A DNA stretch of 54,973 bases, taken from a virus. Lineage: Duplodnaviria > Caudoviricetes. Of the stretch, positions 1 to 9,526 are shown one piece after another; the stretch's first letter is position 1; each line of letters opens with the position of its first letter. Made by a program: the position numbers and the translations under genes. The notes under the pieces are model-generated. The model did no database searches. It was not told the DNA's origin and saw nothing but the letters and a program-made list of their open reading frames with translations. Location of the stretch: positions 1-54,973 of the IMG/VR virus record IMGVR_UViG_3300046752_000076; one strand, given 5' to 3'.

Positions 1-724
1 TTTCTGACAGAGGAGTTCCAGGTCGCCAGTCTAATGCTCGTTGAGCAGGCGCTCTAGATGCTAACGCACCAATAGGCGCACCAATTCCAGCAGATAAAAC
101 ACCCTCTAATGCACCTACTTTAGCTATATCGGCTGCATCGTATTCGTCTCGGATGCCTTGTTGTATCTGACGTGTTTGCTGTAATGCTTCGAAGCCAGTA
201 CCGATACCCGTACCCACGGTGCCTTCGATTGCTGCACCTCTTGCTGCACCAGACCTTACTGCTTTCTTTACTGCGTCACCCTTCGTAGCGCCTGCTGCTC
301 GTGCAGTTTTAGCTACGCGTGCTGCTTTTGATGCAGCTCCTGCGTACGGTACAAAGTTTATAGGGTCTGCAACAGTTGCCAGTCCATAATCTTTTACACG
401 TTCGAATACAGTTCCACGCGTAGGAGCGCTTCTCCATGCCTTTGATAATCGCGTCATCAATGCTTGGTCTGATCCAGCATTGTTATATTCCATCATATCT
501 AGGCCAGCAGATATAAAGTTACTGTCTTTCCAGCGATTGTCGGTATACCAATCGTCAAGCATGTCAGACGTATTGGCAAACGTCTGTCCTTTTGAACTGT
601 AGTATGTACGAAGGTCTTCTAAGAATGAGCCGTTGTTTATCAGCTCGCTGCCAGTTAGGCTTGTATAGTCGGGTGCGCTTTGCGTAGGCGAAAGCCCTGC
701 AAACAGTTCTTCAAATTTTGACAT
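1..724 (-). CDS. Partial CDS running off the left edge; N-terminus of a large internal virion/ejection protein
   Basis: Not in the ORF track. ATG at 724 with GGAG RBS; open frame MSKFEELFAGLSPTQSAPDY...ATVADPINFVPYAGAASKAARVAK...DWRPGTPLSE to base 2 with no stop. Gly/Ala-rich segments and a DPxNxxP motif as in podovirus ejection proteins. Confidence 0.8.
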   Translation of the reverse strand, partial: MSKFEELFAGLSPTQSAPDYTSLTGSELINNGSFLEDLRTYYSSKGQTFANTSDMLDDWYTDNRWKDSNFISAGLDMMEYNNAGSDQALMTRLSKAWRSAPTRGTVFERVKDYGLATVADPINFVPYAGAASKAARVAKTARAAGATKGDAVKKAVRSGAARGAAIEGTVGTGIGTGFEALQQTRQIQQGIRDEYDAADIAKVGALEGVLSAGIGAPIGALASRAPAQRALDWRPGTPLSE

Positions 725-752
725 CAGGTACTCCATTTAACCAGATGAAATC

Positions 753-784
753 AAGTTAAATGATACCCCCCTGTAAAGTCGTCC
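753..784 (-). promoter_or_regulatory. GGACGAC-type putative late promoter
   Basis: GGACGAC (778-784), 19 nt, TAACTT; just after the stop of the 963-aa gene and ahead of the ATG at 724. Confidence 0.65.
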
Positions 785-787
785 TTT

Positions 788-3679
788 TTAGGGTCTAGTG
801 CCGCGACGAGTAGGATTTTGATTTCCCACTCGATTAGGCGAGATTATATTTATAGGGCTGTAGATTTCTTGAAGATACTCTTGTTCTTCTTTTGTATATT
901 GAGGGTTACGTGGGTTTTCTTTTCTTTTTTGTTCAATGCTTTGCTGTAAGGTAATTTCATTAGGCTGCAAACGCTCTACTTCTGCTTTTTGTTCGGCTTC
1001 GTATGCAATCTTACCTCGTGTTATTTTATCTTTTAGTTGCTGACCCGAATTAAAAAGAGAGTTGATAGCATTATCTACTTCTTGTTTTTTAGCATTCAAA
1101 GACTGCAACTCGTTTTGAACAGTAGTGCGATCTTCAGCTAAGTTTTGATTATATAGAGGAGACTTAAGAAGCATAGATAATCTTTGGATTTCACTGTCCA
1201 AGTTATTACTTGCTGTTTCAAGGCCAAAGCCAACCTCTTTAATTTTTTCAATGGCTTCACTAACAGATCCACCGCTACCCAAAGTTGCTATATAAGCGTT
1301 CTGGTCAGACAGGTTTATTGCAGCACTGGCAAGTTGAGTGGCGTCAGGAATTATAGTCATAGCTTGAGTGCCGTTATCAACAGCAGTTTGGGCAGGAGCT
1401 ACATCGTCTGCAACGCTACCTCGATGTATGTCGAATGTGCTCTTGCGTACTTGATCTCTTGCCTTTGCATAATTCTGTTGAAACAATAAACGCTTCTGAT
1501 CGGTTCTAGGTAAATTCAAAAGCTCTGAAATGTCTTTAAGTTTTGTTGCAGCAAGCGCTATATCCATAGCGTCTTTTTCTAACTCTGCGTACTGAGAGCC
1601 TGCAAACGCGCCCTTTAAATGAACATTTTTAAAAGCGTCATTAACCATCGCACGAGTTATCCTGCCGTTGTCTAAGAAAGTAGTGCCATCTTCGGCTTTT
1701 CTAACAGCCATATTAAGAAGCTCATCGACAACACCTTTGGCAGTATCTTGAGACATTGGAATATTTAACTCAGTAGCAATGTCTTGTAGGAAGCCGCTTA
1801 CATTTGCAGAAATAAGACTTCCTACTTCTTCGGGTTTGCTATCTCCAAGCACAGCAGCATTACCGAGCACATCTTCTGAATATTGAGCTAATTCTTGTAG
1901 GTCTACTGTAATACCTCTTGTTGCGCCGAAACCATCTTCCATGGCGTTGGTAGCAGTATTAAGATTTTCAATTTCTTTTACGTCAGCAGCAGCACGTATT
2001 TTATCAAGCGCAACGTTAAACTGAGTTTCAGCCATACTTGCAAATCTATTTTCGGCATCCTCGATACCTTGGGCTGTTAGTGCTTCTACAAAGTTATTAA
2101 TGAAGTTTTCTTTAGTATTGTCGATTATAAAAGCTTTTTCATTGTCACCCATAATTGATTTAGCTATCTGATTAAGTTCTGCGGTTAGTTCTTGTGTCGC
2201 TCCACCGAACTGATCTTCGATAGTTTTTATTTGTGCTGGGTCTAGCTTTACATCTCGTCCACGTCTTTTACTGATGCTTTCTTCAAGCTTTTTGATAACG
2301 TCGGCGGCAGTAAGGTTTTCATCGACTGCATTTTTGATAATGTTGTCTGAATTTTCAACTGCGAGTTGTGCAGCCGAAATGTCTTCTTGCACTTGTGCAG
2401 CCTCTTGTTCTTCCATTCTCTTTTTAAAGAGGTTGTTGGCAGCAAGAAATGTATCAGCCCCAATTTCCACTCCTTCTGGTGGAACTAGCGTAGCTATTAA
2501 TGAGTTGTATTCCTCTTCAGTGCTGGAAAGTTGAGCAAATCTGATTGCTTCATTAGTAAGAGATGCAAGCGCTTTGTCATTTTTCTCTTTTATGTTTCTT
2601 GCTATCTGACTGTCCATGTCACCAAAATCGGGAATGGCACTTGGATCGTATTTTTCTGTTATTGCTTTTTTGCGACGGTCATATTCTTCTTGATTTGTAA
2701 TACCACGAAGTTGCTCTAGCTCTGCTGTCGCAAGATTGTTGCGTGCTTCTGCAACTAACTCTTTAGCGGTTTTTACTTCACCCGTATTTCCACTGACTAC
2801 TCTTTGGTCATATCGTTCGTTGAGTTCTTGAATAGCTCTAGCAGTTTGCTCAACACTCATGTTACGATTTATAATATCATTGAGCTGACTTCTGTATTCT
2901 TCGCCTCTTCTTTCCACAACAGGTTCGTCTGAGTTGTCAAAGTTGACATTTTTATATGCCTCATCTGGGTATTTTAACTTTAAACTTTCTAACTTACTTT
3001 TGTAGTCTTCAACACTCGTAGCAGTACGAGCTAAATCTTCTAACTCGATTGCAAAATTATTTGTATTTGTTTTAATCCAAGTATTGTGTCTACCTTTGTA
3101 AGCGTTAGTCGCGTCATCTTGCCAAAGATTGCCAGCAGCAGTCATAACGGCTTCAAGGTTTTCTTTGGTCGGGTTATCCATGTACGATTGGATAAGAGCG
3201 CTATTGTCCGTTTTCCATTTTGTCCAAGCAGCGTCTTTAGCGTTTGCTGTAGCAGCAGGAATAAGCTCTGGGTTAATGCCAAACTCTTCGAACTGAGTTT
3301 TTAATTGATCGTCGAAATTGTCTTGTCCGTACATAGTGGCAAGGTCAGTACCAATTTCTTTAGCCAATCTTCTGTTCTCTAAAGCAATCTTGCGCTCACG
3401 TTCTTTTTTAAGACGCGCTTCTTCTGCTTCCTTTTTAGCTTGTTCTTTTTTGTACTTGTCGTAGTTACGCTGCATCTGGGCTTTTGATGGTAATCCACCT
3501 AACCCAGCGCCTGTTTCTTTAATCAGATTGTTTGCGTAGTCCATACGTTCTTGAACAGTAGCACCTGGATTGGCGCTCAAGAAATCATTGTATAGTTTTG
3601 CGTTATCAAGGCGATCCGACTTACGGCGCTCTTCTCCCCGTTGGAGAGCCTTGCTAAATTCGTTTAGTCCAAAAAACAT
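788..3679 (-). CDS. Putative internal virion (DNA ejection) protein, coiled-coil rich
   Basis: 963-aa helical, charged ORF; position after tail and acetyltransferase genes matches podovirus core proteins. Confidence 0.6.
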   Translation of the reverse strand: MFFGLNEFSKALQRGEERRKSDRLDNAKLYNDFLSANPGATVQERMDYANNLIKETGAGLGGLPSKAQMQRNYDKYKKEQAKKEAEEARLKKERERKIALENRRLAKEIGTDLATMYGQDNFDDQLKTQFEEFGINPELIPAATANAKDAAWTKWKTDNSALIQSYMDNPTKENLEAVMTAAGNLWQDDATNAYKGRHNTWIKTNTNNFAIELEDLARTATSVEDYKSKLESLKLKYPDEAYKNVNFDNSDEPVVERRGEEYRSQLNDIINRNMSVEQTARAIQELNERYDQRVVSGNTGEVKTAKELVAEARNNLATAELEQLRGITNQEEYDRRKKAITEKYDPSAIPDFGDMDSQIARNIKEKNDKALASLTNEAIRFAQLSSTEEEYNSLIATLVPPEGVEIGADTFLAANNLFKKRMEEQEAAQVQEDISAAQLAVENSDNIIKNAVDENLTAADVIKKLEESISKRRGRDVKLDPAQIKTIEDQFGGATQELTAELNQIAKSIMGDNEKAFIIDNTKENFINNFVEALTAQGIEDAENRFASMAETQFNVALDKIRAAADVKEIENLNTATNAMEDGFGATRGITVDLQELAQYSEDVLGNAAVLGDSKPEEVGSLISANVSGFLQDIATELNIPMSQDTAKGVVDELLNMAVRKAEDGTTFLDNGRITRAMVNDAFKNVHLKGAFAGSQYAELEKDAMDIALAATKLKDISELLNLPRTDQKRLLFQQNYAKARDQVRKSTFDIHRGSVADDVAPAQTAVDNGTQAMTIIPDATQLASAAINLSDQNAYIATLGSGGSVSEAIEKIKEVGFGLETASNNLDSEIQRLSMLLKSPLYNQNLAEDRTTVQNELQSLNAKKQEVDNAINSLFNSGQQLKDKITRGKIAYEAEQKAEVERLQPNEITLQQSIEQKRKENPRNPQYTKEEQEYLQEIYSPINIISPNRVGNQNPTRRGTRP

Positions 3680-3687
3680 TTAAAGCC

Positions 3688-4875
3688 CTACGTTAATGAT
3701 TTACCACGATTTTGGTTTGTTAGTATTTTGTCGATAGCATCCCCAAAAGCAGTTCCTGCACTTTGTGCGTTGCTGATTAATGAGCTAGAAAGATTTGCTG
3801 CTGATGTTAATGCGTTACCGAAACCAGCGCTCGTACCGCCATCTGCTGCAAACTTAAAGGGTGATGCTGCCAGCGTCATTTGGTTTGCGGCATAGTCATT
3901 AAAGATACCAGACTGGGTATTCATAGTACTTAGAGCAGTAAGGTAATCATTAAGAGCCGCGTCGTTGCGTAAATTTTGTATTGAGCCAATATCGCTAATT
4001 GCCTGTGTACGAGCGTTATTGTAATTGTCGTAAACGTCTAGTCCATAATTACCCATAGCTATCTCATTATCGATTTGAGATGTTGCGTAATCAGATGCGT
4101 TGGCAATAAGGTCTTGACCAAACTTACGCTCGGTTAAGTTCATAAGCTGTTCGCCAGCAGTGGTTTCCTGTACGCCTTTCGTATATCGAAGAGCGTCATC
4201 CATGCCTGCAATCATTGCTTCGTTAAGAGCTTTGGCCTCCATGTCTGCTGCGCTTCTTGCAAGCTCAACCTCTAGAGTTGAACCACCGCCCATACCTTGA
4301 CCACCTTGATCGCTTAGTAATCCACGACGCGCTAGGTCTGCTGCACCCTTAGAGTACTGACGGTCTGCTGCGCCTCTCGCGTTTGCCATACGAGCATTGA
4401 TGAATTTGCTTGCGATACTGTCGATGTCTTGTGCAAAGTCGTAAGTGCTTGGTGCATTGTAATCAAAGATAGCGTCCTGATCTGATATACGACCTTCGCC
4501 TTGGCTCATGTATCTTTGAGATTTGTTTCTAAAGTCGCTTTCTACATTAAATAAAAATTTAAGGTCACGAGCTTCTTCTGCGTCTATCTCTCCACGATTT
4601 TCAGCTTCTTCAACTTGTCGGGCTAAAGAAAAGTAATCCTTCATGCCTTTAAAGTTCTCTACGCTTACATCGTCGTAGGTGCCAAAACCGTCGTACAGTT
4701 CTGACATAACGCGCTTCATTTCTTCGGAGCCTTGATCGTACAGCTCCATAATTTTGTTATTGCGATCTATCTCAGCCTGCGTAAGCATCTGCTGTACAGC
4801 AAGTTGATTTTTGGCGTTCTTATTCGAACTGAGCAGATTAAACCCAGAAAGTGCTGCCATAGCCATGTCAAGCAT
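3688..4875 (-). CDS. Putative internal virion/ejection protein
   Basis: 395 aa, Ala/Gly/Gln-rich, hydrophobic N-terminus and an LARRGL-x-GG-S motif of the type seen in phage pilot/ejection proteins; synteny. Confidence 0.6.
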   Translation of the reverse strand: MLDMAMAALSGFNLLSSNKNAKNQLAVQQMLTQAEIDRNNKIMELYDQGSEEMKRVMSELYDGFGTYDDVSVENFKGMKDYFSLARQVEEAENRGEIDAEEARDLKFLFNVESDFRNKSQRYMSQGEGRISDQDAIFDYNAPSTYDFAQDIDSIASKFINARMANARGAADRQYSKGAADLARRGLLSDQGGQGMGGGSTLEVELARSAADMEAKALNEAMIAGMDDALRYTKGVQETTAGEQLMNLTERKFGQDLIANASDYATSQIDNEIAMGNYGLDVYDNYNNARTQAISDIGSIQNLRNDAALNDYLTALSTMNTQSGIFNDYAANQMTLAASPFKFAADGGTSAGFGNALTSAANLSSSLISNAQSAGTAFGDAIDKILTNQNRGKSLT

Positions 4876-4885
4876 AACTTAACTC

Positions 4886-6010
4886 CTATAAGAGATTACC
4901 GAAGCCTACTCTTCTTTCCCTTTGAAACTGGCTTAATCCTTGATTACCACCAGTCGCTCCTGCCCCGATGGGCACATTTACGTATCGTATCTCGCCCGTA
5001 TCTCTATCTTTTACGGCTCGTCTTACGAATAAACCGTTATTGCCTTGCACCGTGGGTATAAGATTACCCATCATTGTTGGATCAAGCGCAAATCCATACG
5101 CATTTAAAAACGCAGCAGGGTCGTACGCATTAGAACCAAGATCGAGATTGTCCAAGTATTTAGCAAGATCAGCTTCTGTAAGATAATCGTCAGGCAAAGA
5201 CGTGTTCGTATCACCAGCCCCTTCGTACACAATTGTGTTGCCACCGCCAGAATTGTTCATGCTGTTAAGCTGATCCTGTAAGGCAGCGATCTGATCGTTC
5301 AGATCGTCTATTAATGAATTGTCGTTAGTGGTTGTAGTATTATTAGTCGTGTCGTCGTTGTTAGTAGTATTATTATTCGTGTCATCGTTGTTGGTAGTAT
5401 TATTATTCGTGTCGTCGTTGTTGGTCGTGCTTGTATCGGCGGTTGCTGTATTTGAGCCACCACCACCACCAGTAGTGATTACGTTATTGTTTGTTAATAC
5501 ATTGTCAGTAGCAGCATTAGCATCATAAAAAGAAGCTGCTGTTTCGTTGTTACTGTCAATACTAGAAGTCACGTTACCAGTATTTGTATTCATACCAGAA
5601 GTACCAGCCTCGAACTCTGCAAAAAATGCATCATCATCTAGATCAGAAAGTATAAGTGCAGTTTCAGCGTCACTACCACTGCTGCCGCCTGTGTTCGTAG
5701 CGCTGCCTGAGCCTGTTCCGTCAAAGCCGCCAGCTAGGTTGGCGCTTCCTGTTCCAGCTACCGCTTCGGAGGAACTAATGTTTCCGTCTCCATCTGTATC
5801 TAAAGCACGGTTATCTTGAGTACTAAAGCTGTCACCAGACATTCCTGGCCCACCACCATCGATCATATCTAAAAAGCCAGTGTAGCCGCTACTGCTGCTA
5901 TTGTTGCTTCCGCCAGAATTATTGTTGCCACTACTTCCGCCGCTATCGTTGCCAAACGCTATCTGAGGTGCGTACGATAATCCTAGTAAATCAAGAAATG
6001 TGTTTTTCAT
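4886..6010 (-). CDS. Low-complexity acidic (Asn/Thr/Gly/Asp) virion-associated protein
   Basis: Track ORF 4886-6040; likely start MKNTF at 6010 (GGAG RBS). Contains a DTDGDGNISSSE loop and TTNNDDTNNN repeats. Confidence 0.6.
   Translation of the reverse strand: MKNTFLDLLGLSYAPQIAFGNDSGGSSGNNNSGGSNNSSSSGYTGFLDMIDGGGPGMSGDSFSTQDNRALDTDGDGNISSSEAVAGTGSANLAGGFDGTGSGSATNTGGSSGSDAETALILSDLDDDAFFAEFEAGTSGMNTNTGNVTSSIDSNNETAASFYDANAATDNVLTNNNVITTGGGGGSNTATADTSTTNNDDTNNNTTNNDDTNNNTTNNDDTTNNTTTTNDNSLIDDLNDQIAALQDQLNSMNNSGGGNTIVYEGAGDTNTSLPDDYLTEADLAKYLDNLDLGSNAYDPAAFLNAYGFALDPTMMGNLIPTVQGNNGLFVRRAVKDRDTGEIRYVNVPIGAGATGGNQGLSQFQRERRVGFGNLL
5334..5423. repeat. Three 30-bp coding tandem repeats (TTNNDDTNNN)
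   Basis: Unit approx. GTAGTATTATTATTCGTGTCRTCGTTGTTG, three copies with a few substitutions. Confidence 0.85.
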
Positions 6011-6476
6011 TTTTTCTCTCCAAGCGGTAGTTTCGTCCAAGAGGATCGTATCCGCGTTTTTGCATTAGGCGGTCAAACGCCTCTGGGTTTATGTCTGTGG
6101 TAAATCCAAGACGAACTTCAGATACACCTTTTCCTAGCGCCCATTCCTCAAACATATCAAGTAAGCGCAATCCAACACGGGTGCCACGAAGAGGTTTTAT
6201 TACGAACCAAGCAACATCATTAGCCACTTTTTCTTGACTAAAATAATACGGGGCTGTGTATCCTGCATATAAACCCACGGGTTTATCACCCTTTCTAGCT
6301 ATGATTGCTGTTTTGTCTTCATCAGCTAAGTACCAGTTGAAGGTTTCCAAAACTCTTCTAGGGCTAAACTTTAAATCAGAGTACGAGCTTTCCTCGTGCA
6401 TTTCTCTTCCTAGTGAAACTAAAGCAGCCGCATCTTCTATTGTTGGCTTAATGTGTGAGTATGTGTATGAAGACAA
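5991..6476 (-). CDS. GNAT-family acetyltransferase (phage morphogenesis-module type)
   Basis: Acetyl-CoA motif A WFVIKPLRGTRVGLRLL...EEWA...G, and FDRLMQKRGY; typical position between tail and core genes. Confidence 0.8.
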   Translation of the reverse strand: MSSYTYSHIKPTIEDAAALVSLGREMHEESSYSDLKFSPRRVLETFNWYLADEDKTAIIARKGDKPVGLYAGYTAPYYFSQEKVANDVAWFVIKPLRGTRVGLRLLDMFEEWALGKGVSEVRLGFTTDINPEAFDRLMQKRGYDPLGRNYRLERKNEKHIS

Positions 6477-6485
6477 TTCAGAACC

Positions 6486-6737
6486 TTATCCGTATCTTTT
6501 CGCAGCCTTACGTACCGCTTCATCTATATTGTAAAACTCAAGCATCCCTGACTTTGGGTTAAATGATCCTGCACCACCAATGTCTTGCAAAAGTTTAATT
6601 GTGAACGGGGATGCACGTACAACCATGCTGTCTCCCTCACGACCCATATCGTCAGCGCCTGCTTCCATTGCAGCTTGCTCTTTACGAGTTCTGATTGACA
6701 TGCCCGTGTTCGGGCCAAAAACGTCACTAAATGCCAT
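6486..6737 (-). CDS. Small putative virion protein
   Basis: 83 aa, GGAGG RBS; GRxGDS...LLQDIGGAGSFNPKSGMLEF resembles a motif in podovirus structural modules. Confidence 0.6.
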   Translation of the reverse strand: MAFSDVFGPNTGMSIRTRKEQAAMEAGADDMGREGDSMVVRASPFTIKLLQDIGGAGSFNPKSGMLEFYNIDEAVRKAAKRYG

Positions 6738-6762
6738 ACTGGCCTCCTATGTTAATCAACAA

Positions 6763-6794
6763 ACTATAGGGTAATAGACATGCTACAGTCGTCC
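6763..6794 (-). promoter_or_regulatory. GGACGAC-type putative late promoter
   Basis: GGACGAC (6788-6794) abuts the upstream TAG; 19 nt; TATAGT. Confidence 0.7.
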
Positions 6795-7964
6795 CTATTC
6801 CATCATAAAACGGGCACGGCGCTTTGCATCTCTACGCATTACCCTAGCTGTGTATCCATGACCGTTAATTTCTGGTCGTAAATTACGCCTTCTCATCTCG
6901 TCACCTATCTCGTCGGCAGCGCTTACAGCCTCTGCTGCCAGCGATTTATCTATAGGCATGTATCTATTTGCCTCTTCGTAATTCATCATCATTTCTTGCT
7001 GTAGTTCGCGATTACTTCGTTTACCGAATAGTTCAGCAGACGCAGCCCGACCAAGAAAGCCAGCGTTTAATCTTGCATCGCCAGTATCGTACATATGCTT
7101 GAATACTTTTTTTACGTCTGAAAGAGCGTCGTAATAACTTTGCTCATCTGAACCATACGAAAGTTCAGAATATCCAGTATCGCTATCTCCAACCAAGACG
7201 CTGTAGATACCATCTCGCCCCTGCTCTACTGCAACTGATCCGCCAATTCTATCTTGTATGTCTCTTGGTAATGATGCCCTGTAACTTTCCATAGCATTTC
7301 TAGCCATCTCGGAAGTCATGTACGAACGTATATCGTCATGCTTTCTCTGAAGATGCTCTGGTGTTTTGTTGCCTCGCATGTCTGTAGACAAGTTCATTTT
7401 ACTATCTACATAAGCCATACCCGAAGTGCCCATTGGTGAGCCTAGATTTAAAGTGGCTTTACTCCCTGCGACTGGGTGCATGTGTCGAATGTCTGCCCAT
7501 CGCCAGTTACCTAGAGAGGGCGAATTTTTGGGAGACATGCCTGCCTCAACCTCATTTACGATCTTGGCTTCTTCGGGAGTTACATGAATAGACTGCTTTC
7601 CGTCGCTTTCCATGTTTTGTTTTATAGTATCACCATCCATATCCATTATCCTGTGCATATCTTGAGATCGTTGGTTAAGTTCAGTACCGCTTTCGTATAA
7701 AGGCCACATGCCTTGGTTTATTTCTTCTTCCCAATGATCGAACGCTTCGCGCTCTGTTAATGGTCTATTTGGGTTTACCTCTGGCACCCATGCTGGAACC
7801 GATACGAACTTGCCTTTGTGTGGGCCACGTTCGATCTTAATCCCCGTTGAGTAAACCGTCATTGGTCTACCGTCTTTGTCCTTACCAACCCTACCAGTGG
7901 AAACAGACTGGTTATGATAGTCCATAATCCTCTGTTCGGGATCAGTAAGATTTAGATCAGACAT
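6795..7964 (-). CDS. Hypothetical structural-module protein
   Basis: 389-aa ORF overlapping the upstream tail gene by 8 nt. Confidence 0.6.
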   Translation of the reverse strand: MSDLNLTDPEQRIMDYHNQSVSTGRVGKDKDGRPMTVYSTGIKIERGPHKGKFVSVPAWVPEVNPNRPLTEREAFDHWEEEINQGMWPLYESGTELNQRSQDMHRIMDMDGDTIKQNMESDGKQSIHVTPEEAKIVNEVEAGMSPKNSPSLGNWRWADIRHMHPVAGSKATLNLGSPMGTSGMAYVDSKMNLSTDMRGNKTPEHLQRKHDDIRSYMTSEMARNAMESYRASLPRDIQDRIGGSVAVEQGRDGIYSVLVGDSDTGYSELSYGSDEQSYYDALSDVKKVFKHMYDTGDARLNAGFLGRAASAELFGKRSNRELQQEMMMNYEEANRYMPIDKSLAAEAVSAADEIGDEMRRRNLRPEINGHGYTARVMRRDAKRRARFMME

Positions 7965-9525
7965 TCGTAATTACAGCCGCCAATGTCACCTCAATGTCTG
8001 TTGCGTTGTTAGCTGATGTAACAGTAAACGCGACTTCGCGAGATGTAGTAGTTGCGTCGATAGCGATTGAGGCAGATAAGTTTTGCTCAGTTAGTGTTGA
8101 GCTAACTGGGATCACATCCCCTGCGTTAATGCCGTTGATCTTTAACTGTATGTTTGCAGTGCCTGATGTAGTCTTTGCGGCGATAGCATCTACCCGTACG
8201 TTTTGTTTGAACGCTCTTGTAACCACGTAATCTTGGTTGTTTATTGTTCCACTTTCTTGGAAGAAGAACGAACGCGTAGCAAACGTATCAGGAAGCTGTG
8301 CAATAGGTAATCGACCAGTTGCGTCTAAGCCAGCAACACCATCAGCAGCTCCAATAAAAGTTTTTGGAACAAGAGCAGTAAAGTCTACGTTAGCAAATTC
8401 TAATCCACCGCCCGTAGAGTTTACACGTAGGAACTGAAGCGCGTTAGTTGTAGTAAACGCAGGGATACCAGTGTCGGGTGATGTAAGCAGCCAACCCGTA
8501 CCATTATAAAATTTAAGTACGTTAGGTGATGCAGCTATATCCACCCACATATCGCCTGCATTTGCTGGTGACGGTTCGGATGGAGAAACGTACACGCGTC
8601 CTCGGTTTGCTAGTAACCCCGAAAGACCATTAATCTTTTGTTGTGGGACTTCATCGTCTGCTACAGATAATTTAGAAAAAGGTATAAATCCGTTTGCATC
8701 TGTAAACTTATCTTCTGTCATTAATCCAGAGACACGTACCTGAGAGGTGTCTTCAACAATGATAAATGTTACGAGATCATTTTGTGTAAGTGCGCTCGTA
8801 AACGTGATCGTACTGTTAGCAGGCTGCTGCGTGTAATCGTTTGTACCGCCTTGACGCTGAAGCACGCCGTTTCGATATACGAGAACTTTTTGATCTTCGT
8901 TATGTACGAACGGGAACACAGCCTGAGATATACCAGCCAAAACATCTTCACGAGTAAAACCACTATCGTTGGCAGACTGTACTTTATAGATAGTAACTAA
9001 ATCATTAGCTTGAGTAGCATCATTTAATGTTACTGTATTAGCTGTTGGATCATTACTATGGTCAGACGTCGCGAGCAAAGCGCCGTTTAAATATATAACA
9101 ATCGCATCTGCTGCTTCATGTATGTAATTAAATGACGTTGTGCCAGTTGGGTGCGCAATAGCACCGCTACTGTCTGCCTCGTTAATTACAATGTCTAGTC
9201 TTGCAGAAAATAGTGGAGCACCGATTGTGCCAACGTCCGATCCAGAAGTACCTCTCAGTTCGGCAGCAGTAGCCAATGATTTCCAGCCTGTTTCAGCATC
9301 GACGTAACTACCGACACGATACTCAAGACCGTTAATATTATCGTTCCGTAATTCTACAGGCGCTATTAATACGCCTGTATCATCGAAGAGAACCTTCAAT
9401 AATTCAGCTACGGTATTATCACCTAATTCTGATGAGTTCAGATAACGCACAATGTTTTCAATGTCTGCGCCAATATTTCCTGAACTCGTATGATTGCCTG
9501 GATATAGGACTTTTAAGCGAGCCAT
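7957..9525 (-). CDS. Tail fibre/tail structural protein
   Basis: Likely start MARLK at 9525 (AAGGAG RBS). Two VYxNGxL...DY...TxT repeat domains, a PSPANAGDMWVD motif and a GAADGVAGLDATGRLPIAQLP fibre motif. Confidence 0.75.
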   Translation of the reverse strand: MARLKVLYPGNHTSSGNIGADIENIVRYLNSSELGDNTVAELLKVLFDDTGVLIAPVELRNDNINGLEYRVGSYVDAETGWKSLATAAELRGTSGSDVGTIGAPLFSARLDIVINEADSSGAIAHPTGTTSFNYIHEAADAIVIYLNGALLATSDHSNDPTANTVTLNDATQANDLVTIYKVQSANDSGFTREDVLAGISQAVFPFVHNEDQKVLVYRNGVLQRQGGTNDYTQQPANSTITFTSALTQNDLVTFIIVEDTSQVRVSGLMTEDKFTDANGFIPFSKLSVADDEVPQQKINGLSGLLANRGRVYVSPSEPSPANAGDMWVDIAASPNVLKFYNGTGWLLTSPDTGIPAFTTTNALQFLRVNSTGGGLEFANVDFTALVPKTFIGAADGVAGLDATGRLPIAQLPDTFATRSFFFQESGTINNQDYVVTRAFKQNVRVDAIAAKTTSGTANIQLKINGINAGDVIPVSSTLTEQNLSASIAIDATTTSREVAFTVTSANNATDIEVTLAAVITNV

Positions 9526-9526
9526 T

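Noticed and set aside
5334-5423. CRISPR-like or DGR repeat
   Set aside because: Contiguous in-frame 30-bp coding repeats with no spacers; no reverse transcriptase seen in the window.
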